NCBI RefSeq assembly: GCF_004010195.1
Contig: NC_057749.1
Location: forward strand, 6,717,416-6,781,415
Length of the DNA stretch: 64,000 nucleotides
From: Chiloscyllium plagiosum
Taxonomy: Eukaryota
Direction of reading: 5' to 3'
The notes under the pieces are model-generated. The model saw only the letters and a list, made by a program, of their open reading frames with translations. It searched no databases and was not told where the DNA came from. Below, one piece after another: positions 38,096 through 51,725 of this stretch; position 1 is the stretch's first letter, and each line of letters begins with the position of its first letter. The translations under genes were made by a program, and so were the position numbers.

Positions 38096-40314
38096 TCTGT
38101 GATGCTATGGCTAACACATCAAAACACTTTAACTCAGCAAATTCAGGCAAACATTTGTGTCCTACACACCCTCTCTGACCTACCTTTATTCAACACTATC
38201 AGTAAACCCTTCTATTCATTTCTCCTATCTCACATTTCCTTAACTGGATCCATGCTGTTTGCTCTGTGGGGGCTGAGTATTGCCACAAGGGCACAGTTGC
38301 AGAAGGGGTAAAGCAGCTCTCCCAGTGTCTCATTCAATGCTTCATGGGCAAGCCCACAGAAGGAGTCTCAGTCAACCATTAAACGCAGGTGTCCTTGTGA
38401 AGGGGGAGTCAATCCAGTGTCAAGACATCTCCTCAGATACCCACACAGGTTCTCACTCAGAAGAGGGAGCTCGGTGGGAACTCAGTGTGACTTTTGCCCC
38501 TTTCTCCCAGTTCCAGGGGAGACTGTTTGCAGTGAACTGACGGCTGACACTGTGATCAACAGTAGCACAGTTGTAACGTCATTTCCCAATACTCCTACTG
38601 CTTGAGAGGCGAGGCTTCAAATTCTACTATGGCAGAATTCAATATATAAAATTTGAAATGATTCAATAATAACAACCATGGAACTTTATCATCAATTGTT
38701 GTAAAACACCATCTAATGTCCTTTAGGGAAGGAAATCTGCTGACCTTACCTGGTCTGGTCTAATGTGATTCCAGACCTACAGTGATGTGATTGACTCTTA
38801 ACTGCTCTCTAAGGAAGTCACTTATTTCAAGGGCAATTCGGAATGAGCAACTTACCACTGGCACTGTCAGTGGCAACCACATCTCATGAAATAATAAAAC
38901 ATAAAAGTTAAATAGTCAAAAGAAGAGGGCTCAGTCCTAGAACCTCTGTAGTTCTGGAAGATTCAAGGTTAACAAATGTCCATTAAGCCCTCTAGGATTA
39001 CGCTGTCTCTTTAGCTTCACTCAATCTTGCTCCTGACCCAGCTCAGCTAACCTTAGCATCAGAAAAAATGTAGGAAGAGTCAATGAGATGGAAGGAGTAT
39101 CAACAGACCTCCATCAGAAGTCTTTCAGGATGCACCTTCTAACATGATAGTTTCTTCAAAATTCATAGCGACAGGGTGGATTTGATTTGATTCATTCTTG
39201 CCACATGTACCTAGGGACAGTGGAAAGTTTGTTTTGCATGTTGTACAAAGATCAGAGGGTGATTGAGGAATACAAAGTTATAGCTGCACAGAAGGTGCAC
39301 AGAAAGCAAGATCAACATTAGATTTGAAATTTGAGAGGTCCATTCTTTCTAATGCAGAAGTGATAGTGCAGGGAGCAGGGGTCAAAGGGGTCAGAAATTC
39401 ACTCCAGAATCTGCTTTCAGTGGAAACATCACTTCCCAAAACTCCTCCTGCTCCAGAGGTAAGGGTTCAACTTCTAACACGGCAGCTAGTAAATTCTGAA
39501 TTCAAGAAATCAAATTTGACATGACTCAGTAATAATGGCCATGGAGCCATCATTGATTGTTGCAAAACATCATCTAATGTCCTTTAAGGAAGCAAATCTG
39601 CTGTCCTTTCCATCAAAGTTGAAATTCTGAAAATTATCGGAATATTTCGGGTCGCCTACCCTCCGGGATTGTCCAGGTTGCAAACCAAAATCTAGGACAT
39701 TAGAATTGTTTATTTTTAATTTTCTTCGAGCGCTTCCATTTGTGAATTAGAAGAAAATTTGGGGATGAGGGAGAGATTTATTTGGTCAGCAGTTAAAGAC
39801 CTGACTACACTGTTAACAGATTAATTACCAATTAGTGTGTGAAGTCAATGTTAGACAAGCAGTGGTCAAAAAGCAGTTGGGAAGCAGGAAGTCATGTGAA
39901 GAAGCCTTTAAGAATATGCCCTGCCAGAGTTGCGAGCACTGATATAGTTTGAATGAGGGACATTGTCCTGGCATGACTTGGACTGAGCATGACAGGCAAC
40001 ATGAAGAAGCATTTTGACATTGGAGAATTGAATGCAATATCCAGATCATTCAGAGTCAGACCACATGTATGCAGCGGCCCAACTCCCCAAGATCCCACAG
40101 TCAAATGCCAGGTTGGAGACAAGGACATTGTTAAGCAGATCCCTGATCTTCCTCACAGACCAGCATGCACTCCAGCAAAACCCTTCTGGAATTTCCGGAC
40201 AGATTTCTCGGGAAACTGATTGATTCATAATTCTGAAATCAAAAGTATCAAATATCAGCAGATAACCCTTGAAGAATCGTGTTCTAAACTGTTGGCACAT
40301 TCTTGAAATTAAGG

Positions 40315-40562
40315 AGAAAAGAAACAAAGAACTGCAGATGCTGAAAATTAGAAACAAATCAGAAATTGCTGGAAAAACGTCAGCAGGTCTGGCAACATCT
40401 ATGGAGAGTTAAAGCAGAGTTAGCATTCCAGGTCCAGTGACCCTTCTTCAGAACAGACCCTCCTTCCAAAGAGGGGTCACTGGACCTAAAACGTTAACTC
40501 TGCTTTTTCTCCACAGATGCTGCTAGACCTGCTGTGTATCTCTAGCCATTTCTGTTTTGATG
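40315..40562. mobile_element. Inverted-repeat mini-PLE (family C)
   Basis: Arms ...gtccagtgaccct and ggggtcactggacc...; TSD cttgaaattaagg at 40302-40314 and 40563-40575. Confidence 0.75.
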
Positions 40563-41072
40563 CTTGAAATTAAGGGCTCAGGTATCTAGGATTAAACGGT
40601 CTTCTCTCCCTGGTTAGACCAAATATCTAAGGCCCCAGCCTTTATCCCTGTGGGTAGGAATTGCAGACACAGCTCACTGCAGTACAGTTCAAGGGAAAAT
40701 GTGGTTCTCATTGTTCCAGTTTGTCTTGTTCACTCATGACCCAGGTAGTCATTGTCGAGAGAACAAAAGAATACAACCCACTAACATCTTAAAGCCCCAG
40801 ATCTTGTCCTGTCAGAAATCATACGTTAAATTTTCATTGAAACATTGGGCACTTGGTAACTGTGACACTAAGCTCTTCAGGGGATGAAGTAATCATTATC
40901 CTGAGACAGAATGAACAAGTGAACATCTTTCTGCGCTGTTCCGTCTGCATTTTGAATTAGTTCATAATGAGAAAGCAGCTGATTCTCCATGTGGTAAATG
41001 ACAGGCTCCAGGAATCTCTGCAAGGTGATTATCCCCTCCCTCGTGTCAGTTCCTATAACCTCCACCACAAGT

Positions 41073-41375
41073 GGGACGGCATGGTAGCTCAGTGGTGAGC
41101 ACTGCTGTCTCACAGCGCCAGGGACCCGGCTTCGATTCCTGCATCGGGCAACTGTCTGTGTGGAGTTTGCACGTTCTGTCTGTATCTGCATTGCTCTGGC
41201 TTCCTCCTACAGTCCAAAGGATGTGCGGGTTAGGTGAATTGGCCATGCTAAATTGCTCATAGTGTTAGGTGCATTAGTCAGGGGTAAATCTAGGGGGTCG
41301 GTTGCTAAACAGACGATTGGTGTGGACTTGTTGAGCCGAGGGGCCTGTTTCCATAGTGTAGGGAATCTAATCTAG
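41073..41375 (+). mobile_element. HE1-type SINE
   Basis: Same head, V-domain and tail. Confidence 0.85.
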
Positions 41376-42164
41376 TCAAGTCTTTCTGGCTTCTTTCCAA
41401 TATCGATCAATGAAGTGACCAGCATTGATTCATTAGAGCTCAGACTTGCTGCCGCAAAGCGAAGACAGTCGTTGCTGAGCTCTGGAAGCTCCTAAGATCA
41501 GTCAGGGTCAATACTGCCAGTTGTCAATCTGGCATGGCCCAGGTGGATAACAAATCCATGGGCAAATCCACTGAGGTCAGAAGCAAGCTGGTCTTTGATG
41601 CTGCTAATTAAAAGCTTTGTCAATGCTCCCCAGTAAGGCTTATGCATGAAGATTAATGACTTGTGGCTGTTAAGACATTACAGGAAGACAGTTGAATTGT
41701 CAACAACCACCCTGCGTAGGATCACTTCCATCTTCACCACCTCATTCAGAAATTAGTTGGACAATTAAGGGACAAGTAGGGTGACTCATCAGTTCCACGA
41801 TAATACCTTCCAGATCATGAGATGGAGCAATGAAAGCTCTCTACTCAATTTCACTTCACTCGAGTTGTTCATGTTATCTGGTGTTCTGATTTAGGATTTA
41901 CGAGCTAGCAACTTCCAAAAGCAGCCATTTTCTAATCTCCAACTCCAGAGCAAATGAGGATATTTCAAGGATTAACTTTCCTTGCCCTTTGTTTCCGTGC
42001 ATTGAGGAATGAAGGAAAATCAGCCAGGCAGGGAAGCACATCCGGCAAGGGACTCTTATCAACTTAAAGCTCAGAGATCATCAATGTACTGAAGTATCTG
42101 CTTAAATGGACTCCTTTATCAGTCTGGGTTAGGTTTTAATGGTTAACAATCCTTCTTTTAATTC

Positions 42165-42485
42165 ATTCACAGGCTCTCTACTCAAATGCTGGGCCAGCAT
42201 TTAATACTCATCCCCATTTGTTAGGAGTCAACCACTTTGCCATGGGTTTGGAGTCACATGGAGGCCAGACCAGGTAAGGATGGCAGTTTCCTTCCTTGAA
42301 GGACCAGGTGGTTTTTTCCCCCCCACCGACATGGTCATCATTAGACTCTTAATTTAAGATTTGTTTTTCATTGAATTCAACTTCCACCATCTGCCATGGC
42401 AGGATTTGAACCTGGGTTCCCAGAACATTTCCTGCATTGCTGGATTAGTATGCTAGTGATAATACCACTAGGCCACTGCCTCCCT
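42165..42485 (-). mobile_element. SINE family 2 (tRNA head; core gtccttcagggaaggaaatctgc...gtgactccagacccacag; recalls salmonid SlmI/Meta-type SINEs)
   Basis: Recurrent in the window at about 9830-10110(-), 13640-13850(-), 13855-14130(+), 19040-19380(-), 20810-21140(-), 30370-30666(+), 33280-33620(-), 38600-38900(+) and 59490-59820(-). Family name from memory only. Confidence 0.7.
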
Positions 42486-42939
42486 GCTTAGCACTTGAGA
42501 AAGAGATCAAGCAGACTGGTGTTAATCCGACATTGTATCACCCAGAGTGCAGTAGAAATTTGGAACACCCTACTCCAAGAACGCTGAAAGAATTTGCGAC
42601 TGACATTAGGTCTGGATATCAAAGGGATGGAGAAAAGGTAGATAAATGGAATTCAGGTACAGATCAGCCTGGATCGAATGGGTTCACTAGACAAGCTGAG
42701 TTTTTAAACAGTGATTTGACAAGAATCCAAACCAAATCAAAATCATATGGAACAGAGATGGGGAGTCACAGTACTTGTGCACAATATTGGCAATGCTCAT
42801 TAATGTAGCACGGTCAACAATCCCCTCAATTTTCTTTGACAAAGCTAGGAATTTCTCCAACAAAGAGGCTGCCATACCTCTCCCACCCTGTCAATTTAAC
42901 AAAGTGTATATACATAAATATTAATTTGGTCATCCAAAT

Positions 42940-43660
42940 GCTGAAGAACAACAGTTTGTTGAAACCTTTTGCCCAGTACTCATCAGGACAATCCACAAAA
43001 ATATTAAAGCAAAGGGGAAGAAACATAAATATTGCACGAGAGGTCAGTGCTGGTTGCTTGGCAAGTGAACACTGATTGGTAAAGGCACTGTCATGGAGGA
43101 TGCACCAAATAATGATGACTAGCAATTAACTTTCAAGCTTTGTTTAAATTTTTAGTCAGGTGGGTTGATTCTAATTGATCATGGCAATGTTCTGAGTAAT
43201 GAACTAAAGAATGGCTATCACCTAGTTTGTTCAGGTGAAACGAGTGCAGCGCATGCATATGTTCCTTCTGTCTGCAATGAATAGAGCCCTGTGTTTTAAT
43301 ATACCTGGCTTCCTGAATGCATAAATGTATCAGATTGTGAGTCTGATTGATTATTCTAAATTGTTTGTTGGTATAATCCTTTGCACACTCAGAATAATTT
43401 TGCAAATGTTGTCCAATTGCAATATTACTTCCAATGCTGGACATTATGCTCTCAGTTTGTGCAAGTGAGGACTGTTTGGGTGTAATCAGTACAACGCTTG
43501 TTGCAATAGCAGACGGGATACACTGTTTGATACAATCCACCAATCTTTGGGACTTCTGGCTTACTAGCCTAGCACTGCACCGGCACTGAAATTCATATAC
43601 CACTTTACTCATTTGTGGGAGGTGCAGAATGTCTTTTTGGCTTGACAGCAACATTCTATA
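42940..43660 (-). mobile_element. PLE family D fragment with GIY-YIG endonuclease remnant and 3' repeat
   Basis: ORF 43133-43654 (SKVVYEFQCRCSARLVSQKSQRL...IGQHL...EARYIKTQGSIHCRQKE); degenerate core CUGAUGA at 42986-42980. Confidence 0.75.
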
Positions 43661-43814
43661 AGTAGTGGTCCTGCCAAATGGTTGAGCAAATTACTATAGC
43701 CAATTCTGAGCATTTTTTTCACTTTTGTGATGAAGGACTCGTTCACAATTGTGAAGACCTTACAGGACTTTTATATCAATAGAAATGCGGTGCTCATGTA
43801 CTTCTTTGATATTA

Positions 43815-44310
43815 TTTGGAGGAGCTGGTGTTGGACTGGGGTAGACAAAGTTAAAAATCACACAATACCAGGTTATAGCCTGAAAGGTTCATTTGGAAGC
43901 ACTAGCTTTCAGAGTGCTGCTTCTTCATCAGGTGGTTGTGGAGCAGAACCAGAAGACACAGAAATCACAGCAAAAGGTTACAGTCTCATACAGCTGAAAC
44001 AATATATTGAACAAACCTAGATTGTTAGGTCTTTCATCTTTTAGAATGGGTTTGCTGGTTTTGGTTCTTTAATATGTAAATCCTAGAACTTTTAAGTTAC
44101 ATTCTCAAGATAACTTAAGGTTTTATAACGACAGGTGACTTCTCAGCTCAGACAATGCCTTAAATGTGTGAGGTTAGAGTCTGTCCGTATCCTGAACTTG
44201 AGTCAGACTGGTTCTATTTTCAAAGTGGAATTTACAGAATACTACATGGATTGACTGCCTGCAGATTTTGCACTTTTTGAGCAAAATAGAATGTATCTGC
44301 AAATAGAATT
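43815..44310 (-). mobile_element. PLE family B repeat
   Basis: Reverse-complement homologous to 3070-3450 and 3845-3890; contains a hammerhead core. Confidence 0.75.
43900..43934 (-). ncRNA. Minimal hammerhead motif (PLE family B), stem II eroded
   Basis: CAC-CUGAUGA-A-GAAGC(AGC)ACUCU-GAAAG-CUA^GUG; stem I is CAC/GUG. Confidence 0.5.
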
Positions 44311-44749
44311 TTTCTTTGACACTACCAGCCTATTCAACAACATATCACTCAAGAATGCAATAGGTTCCATCTCTAGATCATGGTAATCTTGACCCATCTT
44401 AAAACTGTGAATCAATATTCACTGAATTCATAAACCGAGTAACTCATGCAGTTTGGGTCTGTTTAAATGACACCAAGTAGACAGTGTTGCCATTATAACA
44501 ACATCAGGCTGGAAATACAGGTCTGATTGAGAAATAAGGATCACTAATTAGGTTGAATACAAATTAGTTAGTTAGTTAATTTAAAAATTAAAGAAATATA
44601 TTTAACAATAGAGAATCATGTAAGAGCTAACTATTAAAGATGCCATTAGCAAGAAAGACTAGAAAGGTCCACTTTAAAATCAAGATGTACCCTAGAAGGG
44701 AGCATGGAGACAGCACAAATATACGATATATTAACTTAATAAACTTTAT

Positions 44750-45600
44750 CACAGAGTCATACAGTACGGAAACAGACTCTGTGGTCTGAACCAGCTGACC
44801 AGACATCTTAAATTAATCTAGTCTCATGTGTCAGTATTTGGCCTATATCCCTCTAAACCCTTCCTATTCATATAGCCATCCAGATACCTTTTAAATGCTA
44901 TAATTGTACCAGCTCCACCACTTCCTCTGGCAACTCATTCCATATATACAACACCTTCTGCATGAAACAATTGCCCTTGAGATCCCTTTTAAATCCTTCT
45001 CCTCTCATCTTAATCTTATGCCCTCTTGTTTTGGACTCCCCTACCCTGGGGAAACCCTATGAATAGGTTCACTCTATCCATGCTCATTATGGTTTTGTAA
45101 ACGTCTGTAAGCTCATCCCTCAGCCTCTGACACTCCTGAGAAAATAGCCTTAGCCTATTCAGCCTCTCCCTATAGCTCAAACCCTCCAACCCTGGCAACA
45201 TCTTTGTAAACCTTTTCTGAACTCTTGCAAGTTTAGCAACATCTTTGCCATAGCGGAGAGACCAGAATTGAACACAGTATTCCAAAAATAGCCTAACCAA
45301 TATCTTGTACAGCTGCAAATAATATCCCAACTGCTTTACTCAATTCACTGACCAATAACGGCAAGCACACCAAATACCTTCTTCAATACTCTGTCTATGT
45401 GCGACTCCACCCTGTCTACTTGTGAACTAAGAACCTGCACCCCAAGGTTTCTTTGTTCAGCAACACTCCCCGAGAGCCTACCATTAAGTGTTTGAGTCCT
45501 GCGCTGATTTGTCTTAACAAAATGCAACACCTCATATTTATCTAAATTAAACTCCATTTGCCACACCTCGGACCACTGGCCCATCTGATCAAGGTCTGTC
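44750..45600 (-). mobile_element. CR1/HER1-type LINE fragment
   Basis: ORFs 45016-45330 and 45345-45602 (WQMEFNLDKYEVLHF; LEYCVQFWS). Confidence 0.9.
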
Positions 45601-46069
45601 ACTGGGAAGAAAGTCTGGAATGAGATAAGGCAATATCACACCTAAGAGTGAAGATAAAATGTCAATTATAGGAGGAATACTGGAACCATCCAACTGATAA
45701 GAGATAGCAAAGATCCTTATCGTCTGATTTCATTAGAAATCAGGATAAGACAACACCCACAGGTACTGAGAGAAAAAAACCTTTAACAGAAGATTTCATT
45801 TGGAATGAAAGAATAAGGGAAGGATAAAAGAAATAACCATACAACAGTATAAAACTTCTTAAATAAATTTACTGAATAAAAGTTCAACTTTGTAAAGGAA
45901 TCTACAGGGAGCAACTCTAACCTGACTCACCCTAAACGAGTTATTAAGGAACAATGTTAAATGATATAACATTACGTGAAAGTGGAAGGAATCTATACAG
46001 AGGGTTTATATCCACATATGAAAAGCAGGAGGAATTCAAATAATATAAATCAAATAATAAACCACCTTT

Positions 46070-46395
46070 TGGGCAGTTTGGTGGTTCAGTGGTTAGCACT
46101 GCTGCCTCACAGCATCAGGCACCCAGGTTCGATTCCACCTTCAGGTGACTGTGTGGAGTTTGCACATTCTCCCCGTGTCTGCGTGGGTTTCCCTCCGCGT
46201 GCTCCGGTTTCCTCCCACAGTCCAAATATGTGCAGGTTAGGTGGATTGGCCATGCTAAGTTGCCCATAGTATTCAGTGTGTAGGTTTAGTGATTAGCCAT
46301 GGAAAACGCAGGGGTATTGGGTTGGGTCTGGGTGGGATGTTCTCCGGAGGGTTGATGGGCTAAATGGCCTACTTCCACACTACAGGGATCCTATG
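46070..46395 (+). mobile_element. HE1-type SINE
   Basis: Same head, V-domain and tail. Confidence 0.9.
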
Positions 46396-47788
46396 GATCC
46401 ACTCCACTGGGTGAAGATATCTTACTTGGGGCTTTAAAGACAAAAGTAGGATTCTATTAGATTTGATATCGTCTTCTGATAATTAGTAAATTAGTAAATC
46501 ATCCCATTTAGGTTTTCTGTTCCAACTAAAACAAACCCTGTTCTCTATATGCTCCTTTAGTGGGCAAGCATATGCCCACTAAAGGCATTTGACTGTTCCA
46601 TTTCAAACATGACTTGAGTACAGTCTGGAGCCCATTAAGATATGGAAGGAAATTCCATGAAATAACATGAAGCTGATGTCATACGTCACCTGCATGTTGG
46701 AAACATGCAAAGGACAGGAGTTTGAATGTCATTCCATCAAATGCACCTTTCTCATGGAATCCATGGTGAAATGATGTGTAGTTTTTAACTTTTCTCCAGA
46801 CAATTGCAATAAAAGGAATTTCCCTGCTACCTCCTGTTTGCTGATTCAGGCTTGTCAATCCCACAAACACTTAGTTGTGAATTTATCCCACCAAGAAAGT
46901 ACCAGCTCCAGAATGTTACCTTCTGATAAATAGTTTGCCAAATTTAAATAAGTCTATAAACATAGATCACAGAAACTCTACAATGTGGAAACTGGCCATT
47001 TGGCCCTAAAAGTCCACACTGACTCTCCGCAGAGTAACCCATCCCCCTTCCCTATTTCTCTAGATTTACCCCGTACTGATGTACCTACCCTACACATTCC
47101 TGAACACTACAGGCAATTTCGTATGGCCAATTCATCTAACCTGCATATCTTTAGATGATTAAACTAGATTAGATTATTTACAGGAACAGGCCCTTTGGCC
47201 CAACAAGTCCACACCGACCCTCAAAAAAGCAACCCACCCAGACCCATTCCCCTACATTTACCCCTTCACCTAACACTACGGACAAATTAGCATGGCCAAT
47301 TCACCTAACCTGTACATTTTTGGATTGTGGGAGGAAACCTGGAGTACTTGGAGAAAATCCACGCAGACACGGGGAGAATGTGCAAATTCCACACAGACAG
47401 TCACCTGAGGCTGGAATCAAACTCAGGTCCCTGGTGCTGTGAGGCGGCAGTGCTAACCACTGAGCCACCGTGGATCCCAGGTATTTTAATGCTCTGACAT
47501 TTCTCTATATAAAACCCACACTTGCCCATTAAAGGAGCACATAGAGAGTAGGATTTGTTTCAGTTACAACAGAAAAACTTAAATGTGATGATTTACTAAC
47601 TTAGTAACTATCAGAAGACAATGTCAAATCTAATAGAAGCCTATTTTAGGTTATTTTTATCTATCCAAGAACATGTAGGAATATTTAAGAGTAAATATTT
47701 AAGAATATTTCAACATTTAGAATAAAATTTTACTTTAAAGCCCCAAGTAAGCTATCTTCTCCCAGTGGAGAGGATCCATAGGATTCCT
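46386..47788. repeat. Long-range inverted repeat (arms 46386-46569 and 47521-47788)
   Basis: ggatccactccactgggtgaagatatcttacttggggctttaaag is the inverse of ctttaaagccccaagtaagctatcttctcccagtggagaggatcc; homology continues to cctttagtgggcaag / cttgcccattaaagg. Confidence 0.85.
46965..47472 (-). mobile_element. Two tandem HE1-type SINEs (partial 46965-47155; full 47165-47472)
   Basis: Reverse copies. Confidence 0.85.
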
Positions 47789-47974
47789 TTCCGTGATGTT
47801 TTGGTTCAGAAATTGGACAGGGCATTTCTCTACTGCAAACCACAAACTTGACACTCACGGGTTAATTTACTCTGAATGGGTAAGGCAACTCAAAAGCTTT
47901 GAATGTGAAGTTAGCTTTTTCATGCTGCCATGATGCAGTAACAACATGAATGGAATGTACTATTACCACGATAT

Positions 47975-48630
47975 CAAGCCAAAAGGGCATTCTGCTGATC
48001 ACACAAATGAGTAATGTGGTATATGAATTTCAGTGTTGATGTGATGCCAGATAGGTAGGCTGAATGCCCCAAGGATTGGTACATCATGTCAAACAGCATG
48101 TCCTCCTGCTGTCCACAGTGGGCAAAGTGTTGACTGTGGCCCAGAAGTTCACACTTGCAAAACTTCCACCATAGTGTGTAATATTCGAAAACATTTTGTG
48201 ATTGGACAACATCTGCTTGAGATTGCAAAGTACAATGCTGACAACCAATTTAGGGTTGCCAATTGGGCTCGCAGTATAGTATATCTGCATGTACTGGATA
48301 ATACAGACATTAATACTCTTCTTTGCAGACATAAAGTCCGTGGGGACCCATCAACTCAACAAAATAGATGACAGCTATGTTCTCTTAATTCTTGGGACAA
48401 TACTTTGATCAATCAGTGACAACTACCTGGTTTAAATTTACACAAACGTTGGTAGTTAACTGTCATTCGTCACCAACTGCTCTATGCGCACACTTCTATC
48501 AGAGATCATGTGATAACTAAGTAGCATTTTCTCTCACATTAATGTTGGTTCTCCCTTTAAATTTTTATTCTTGGAAATTGTCATATGAGTGCAATGCGAA
48601 AAGTTTCAACAAAATGCTTTTTTTTCAGTA
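47975..48630 (+). mobile_element. PLE family D fragment (decayed GIY-YIG region)
   Basis: atgagtaatgtggtatatgaatttcagtg (MSNVVYEFQC) and IGQHLL...FRVANWARS; homologous to 43133-43654 in the opposite orientation. Confidence 0.65.
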
Positions 48631-49630
48631 ATACTAGAGCATATATAACTAAAGTCATTATTTTTATATTGTGGGGCAAACATCAAAATCAATTCAACTT
48701 CACAGAATCCCAATGCTCATTATAATGATGCCTTCAAAACAGAGCAAGACAAAGGTGCCTTAGTGTTTCATACAAACAATAACTTATTAATAGTCCCTTC
48801 AAGGCAGTAAACTCAATATATTCGTTTCAGTTTGCAATGTCACACCGAGATATTTGCCTTGTAATTGCTTCTCAGTAAATATTTTTAGTGATTTTTTTGT
48901 TCCACTTTCCTCAAAGAGTTGCACTGGCCGGTGGGGTGGGGTGGGGTGGGGTTCAGATACAAAGTGCCCAGTGGTTTATTTAATCAGAGCTGCTCCAACC
49001 CTGACTCAACAGCCACAGATGCCCAATGTGGAGTGACTGGACAACGCCAGTCATGAATTTTTAACCAATGTGTCTGTCGTTGCACTGGTGCCCAGGAGCT
49101 GATGCCAAGTTCCTCCAACTAATGGCTCAGTTCAGCGAGCACCAAACAGACCTCAGATCAAACCAGGACTCCGTCTGGTCTGTCTGGCTGGCTTGCTGTT
49201 TCTCCACACAGTTGCACACTCACAGAATGAAGCAACATCGAAGGAAACTATTTGGCCAGTTGGACTAAGCAATTAATCCCGTTCCTTCTACACTATTCTT
49301 TTAGCCTTGCAAATATTTTCCCTTCAAGTATTTTATCTTCCGTAAGTTATTCTTAATAACACTCTTCGCCCTTTCAGGCAGTGCACTCCATTTCATCGCA
49401 AATGTCTTGAGAAAGAAAATACAAGGATATAGCAAAGAAAAAAATCTAATGACAGCTATTTATTGCAGCTGTTATTCCCTCTGTGCCCAAACTGCTTGTT
49501 ACAATATTACTTGCCTTTCCCTGTTAATATAACATCAAACTTGAATTTTCACTATCAACAGAACTGAGAGGAAACATGTTGTTGTACACACACACACACA
49601 CCCCATAATTAAGAATGCAATATTAATGAC

Positions 49631-49693
49631 CTGTATAGTGTTGCATGCCTGCGTAAGCTTGCTGTAAGGGATCGGCCACTGTTGGACTTTGTG
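49631..49693 (-). CDS. CELF6: CELF exon: (A)QSPTVADPLQQAYAGMQHYT
   Basis: Long polypyrimidine acceptor ...tttttctccctag, donor CAG|gtcatt; 63 nt, phase 1-1; conserved CELF3-6 motif DPLQQAYAGMQHY. Confidence 0.92.
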
Positions 49694-51167
49694 CTAGGGA
49701 GAAAAAGAGGAAGGAGAAGCAGAGAATGAATAAGGCAGATTGGTCAGTGTCAAATACAGCAGGGATGTGCAATAATACTTTCTTAAGCAGAATGGAGCCA
49801 TGTCAAGGGAGCAAGAGAGAGAGTATGCGAGCAAGAGAGGAGGAGAAAGATTGAAACTGTGCCAAAGGCTTAGTTTCTTTCGCATATAACCACAAGAACT
49901 CAAAATACAAGCACATCATCTAGAAGCACACATGTTGTACATTATCTGGATTTAATCTAATGGGAGGGTTTCAATTTGGATTCCAGAGAGATGTTTTCCG
50001 ATTATTTGGTCTTGCCTTCTTTTAGATATTTGAGAGGGTAAACGTAGTGGGGAAGAGTTGGCAGCATCTAACTATGATATCTCAGCTACCATGAGAGTGG
50101 GGCAGGCATAATGGACCAACTGATCTTTTCCTCCCTCTTATTTTTGTAGTTTCATTTCCTACACGGCGATATATGTTCATTTGAATCATGAAGGCACACA
50201 ATGTATCTTATGCTCTTTACGTCTTGATTGTCAGCAGCCACTGCATTGACTAATTAGCCTTAGCTTCAATCATTAATTTATCTCTGAATTCACCGGGTCT
50301 TTAACTGGGGACAGCCAGGCCATGCCAAATCCACAACTTACTCTGAACTGTGCATTGACCAATGGCATTTGTTTTGATTCTCCTAAGGCCAAGAAATACT
50401 TTGAAATGCAAAATGGCCAAAGTGTGCCGCACACAATGGATAGGGGGTGAAAAGGCACTTTTGCTAAGTTTGGGAATTATATAGTGATTTAGTGCACAGT
50501 GTTTGATAGGAAACTGGTATCTCATGGGATAGAAGTCAATTGGAACAGTTTGGAATTCCTCAGAATGGGTCACACTGGAACAAATGGAAAGTCAGATCAT
50601 TGAAAATCATTTAATACATTGCAATTCCTTAAGATGAAACTTGACAAGAAAAGACCTGAGAAAATGTAATCTTTGTTTCAAATACACAGTTAAACAGTTA
50701 ATAAAATGTTCTTGGTCACCATGTATCAGTCGAATAAAAGTCACAGAATGATAGCTTAATAACATACAGAAGTTCATGATGAATAGTAATAACCTGTAGA
50801 AATATAATGGCTATTGAAAACAAGTCGATATAAAACTTCCATCTGAATCATCAGTTTGAAATGGAATTTGAGTGGAAAGCCACTTGCAAAACCTGGAACC
50901 TCAATTCCTAACATACTTACAGTAAAAACATTTATTGACCTGAACTCTCATTGAACTGGCCCCGCAGGTTTTCTGCCAATATGTCCTGAGCTCAGAAACA
51001 ACATCTCTAGGGTTCAGACTCGAAGTCAGGGACCACAGCCTGAACAGAAAAGAATCTCGTCCTTATCATAAGTGAACAAAATGAGGGCAAGGAGTCTGTT
51101 GGTTGATTTGGAAATCTGGCACAGATATTTGACACTGAAAAAGATTTTCTGGCCTGTTGTGCTTCTG

Positions 51168-51725
51168 AGGTTGTGTAGGACATTGGTGAGGCCTCCTCTG
51201 GGAATACTGTGTCCAGTTCTGATCGCCCAGTTATAGGAAGGATACTATTAAGATGGAGAGGGTTCAGAAAAGATTTACCATGATGTTGCCAGGTATGGAA
51301 GGTTTGAGTTATCAAGAAAGGATGGATAGGTTGGGATGTTTTTAACCAGAGTGTAGGGAGTTGAGAGATGACATTATAGAAGTTTATAAATTAATGAGGA
51401 GTACAGAGTTAATGGTAGCTGTCGTTTCCATAGGATGGGGGATTTCAAGACTAGGGGGCACATTTTTAAGGTGAGAGAAGAAAGCTTTAAAAAAGGCATG
51501 CAGGGCAATGTTTTGACACAGAGTGTGATCTGTGCGTGGAATGAACTTCCAGAGGAAGTGGTGAATGTGGGTACAATTACAATGTTTAAAAGACATTTGG
51601 ATAAGTACATGAATAGAAATGTTTTGGAGGAATATGGGCCAGGAGCAGGCAGGTGGGACTAATTTAGTTTGGGATTATGTTCAGCATTGGACCGAAGGGT
51701 CTATTTCCGTGCTCTATAACTCGAT
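51168..51725 (+). mobile_element. CR1/HER1-type LINE 3' fragment
   Basis: Homologous to 4960-5520. Confidence 0.88.
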
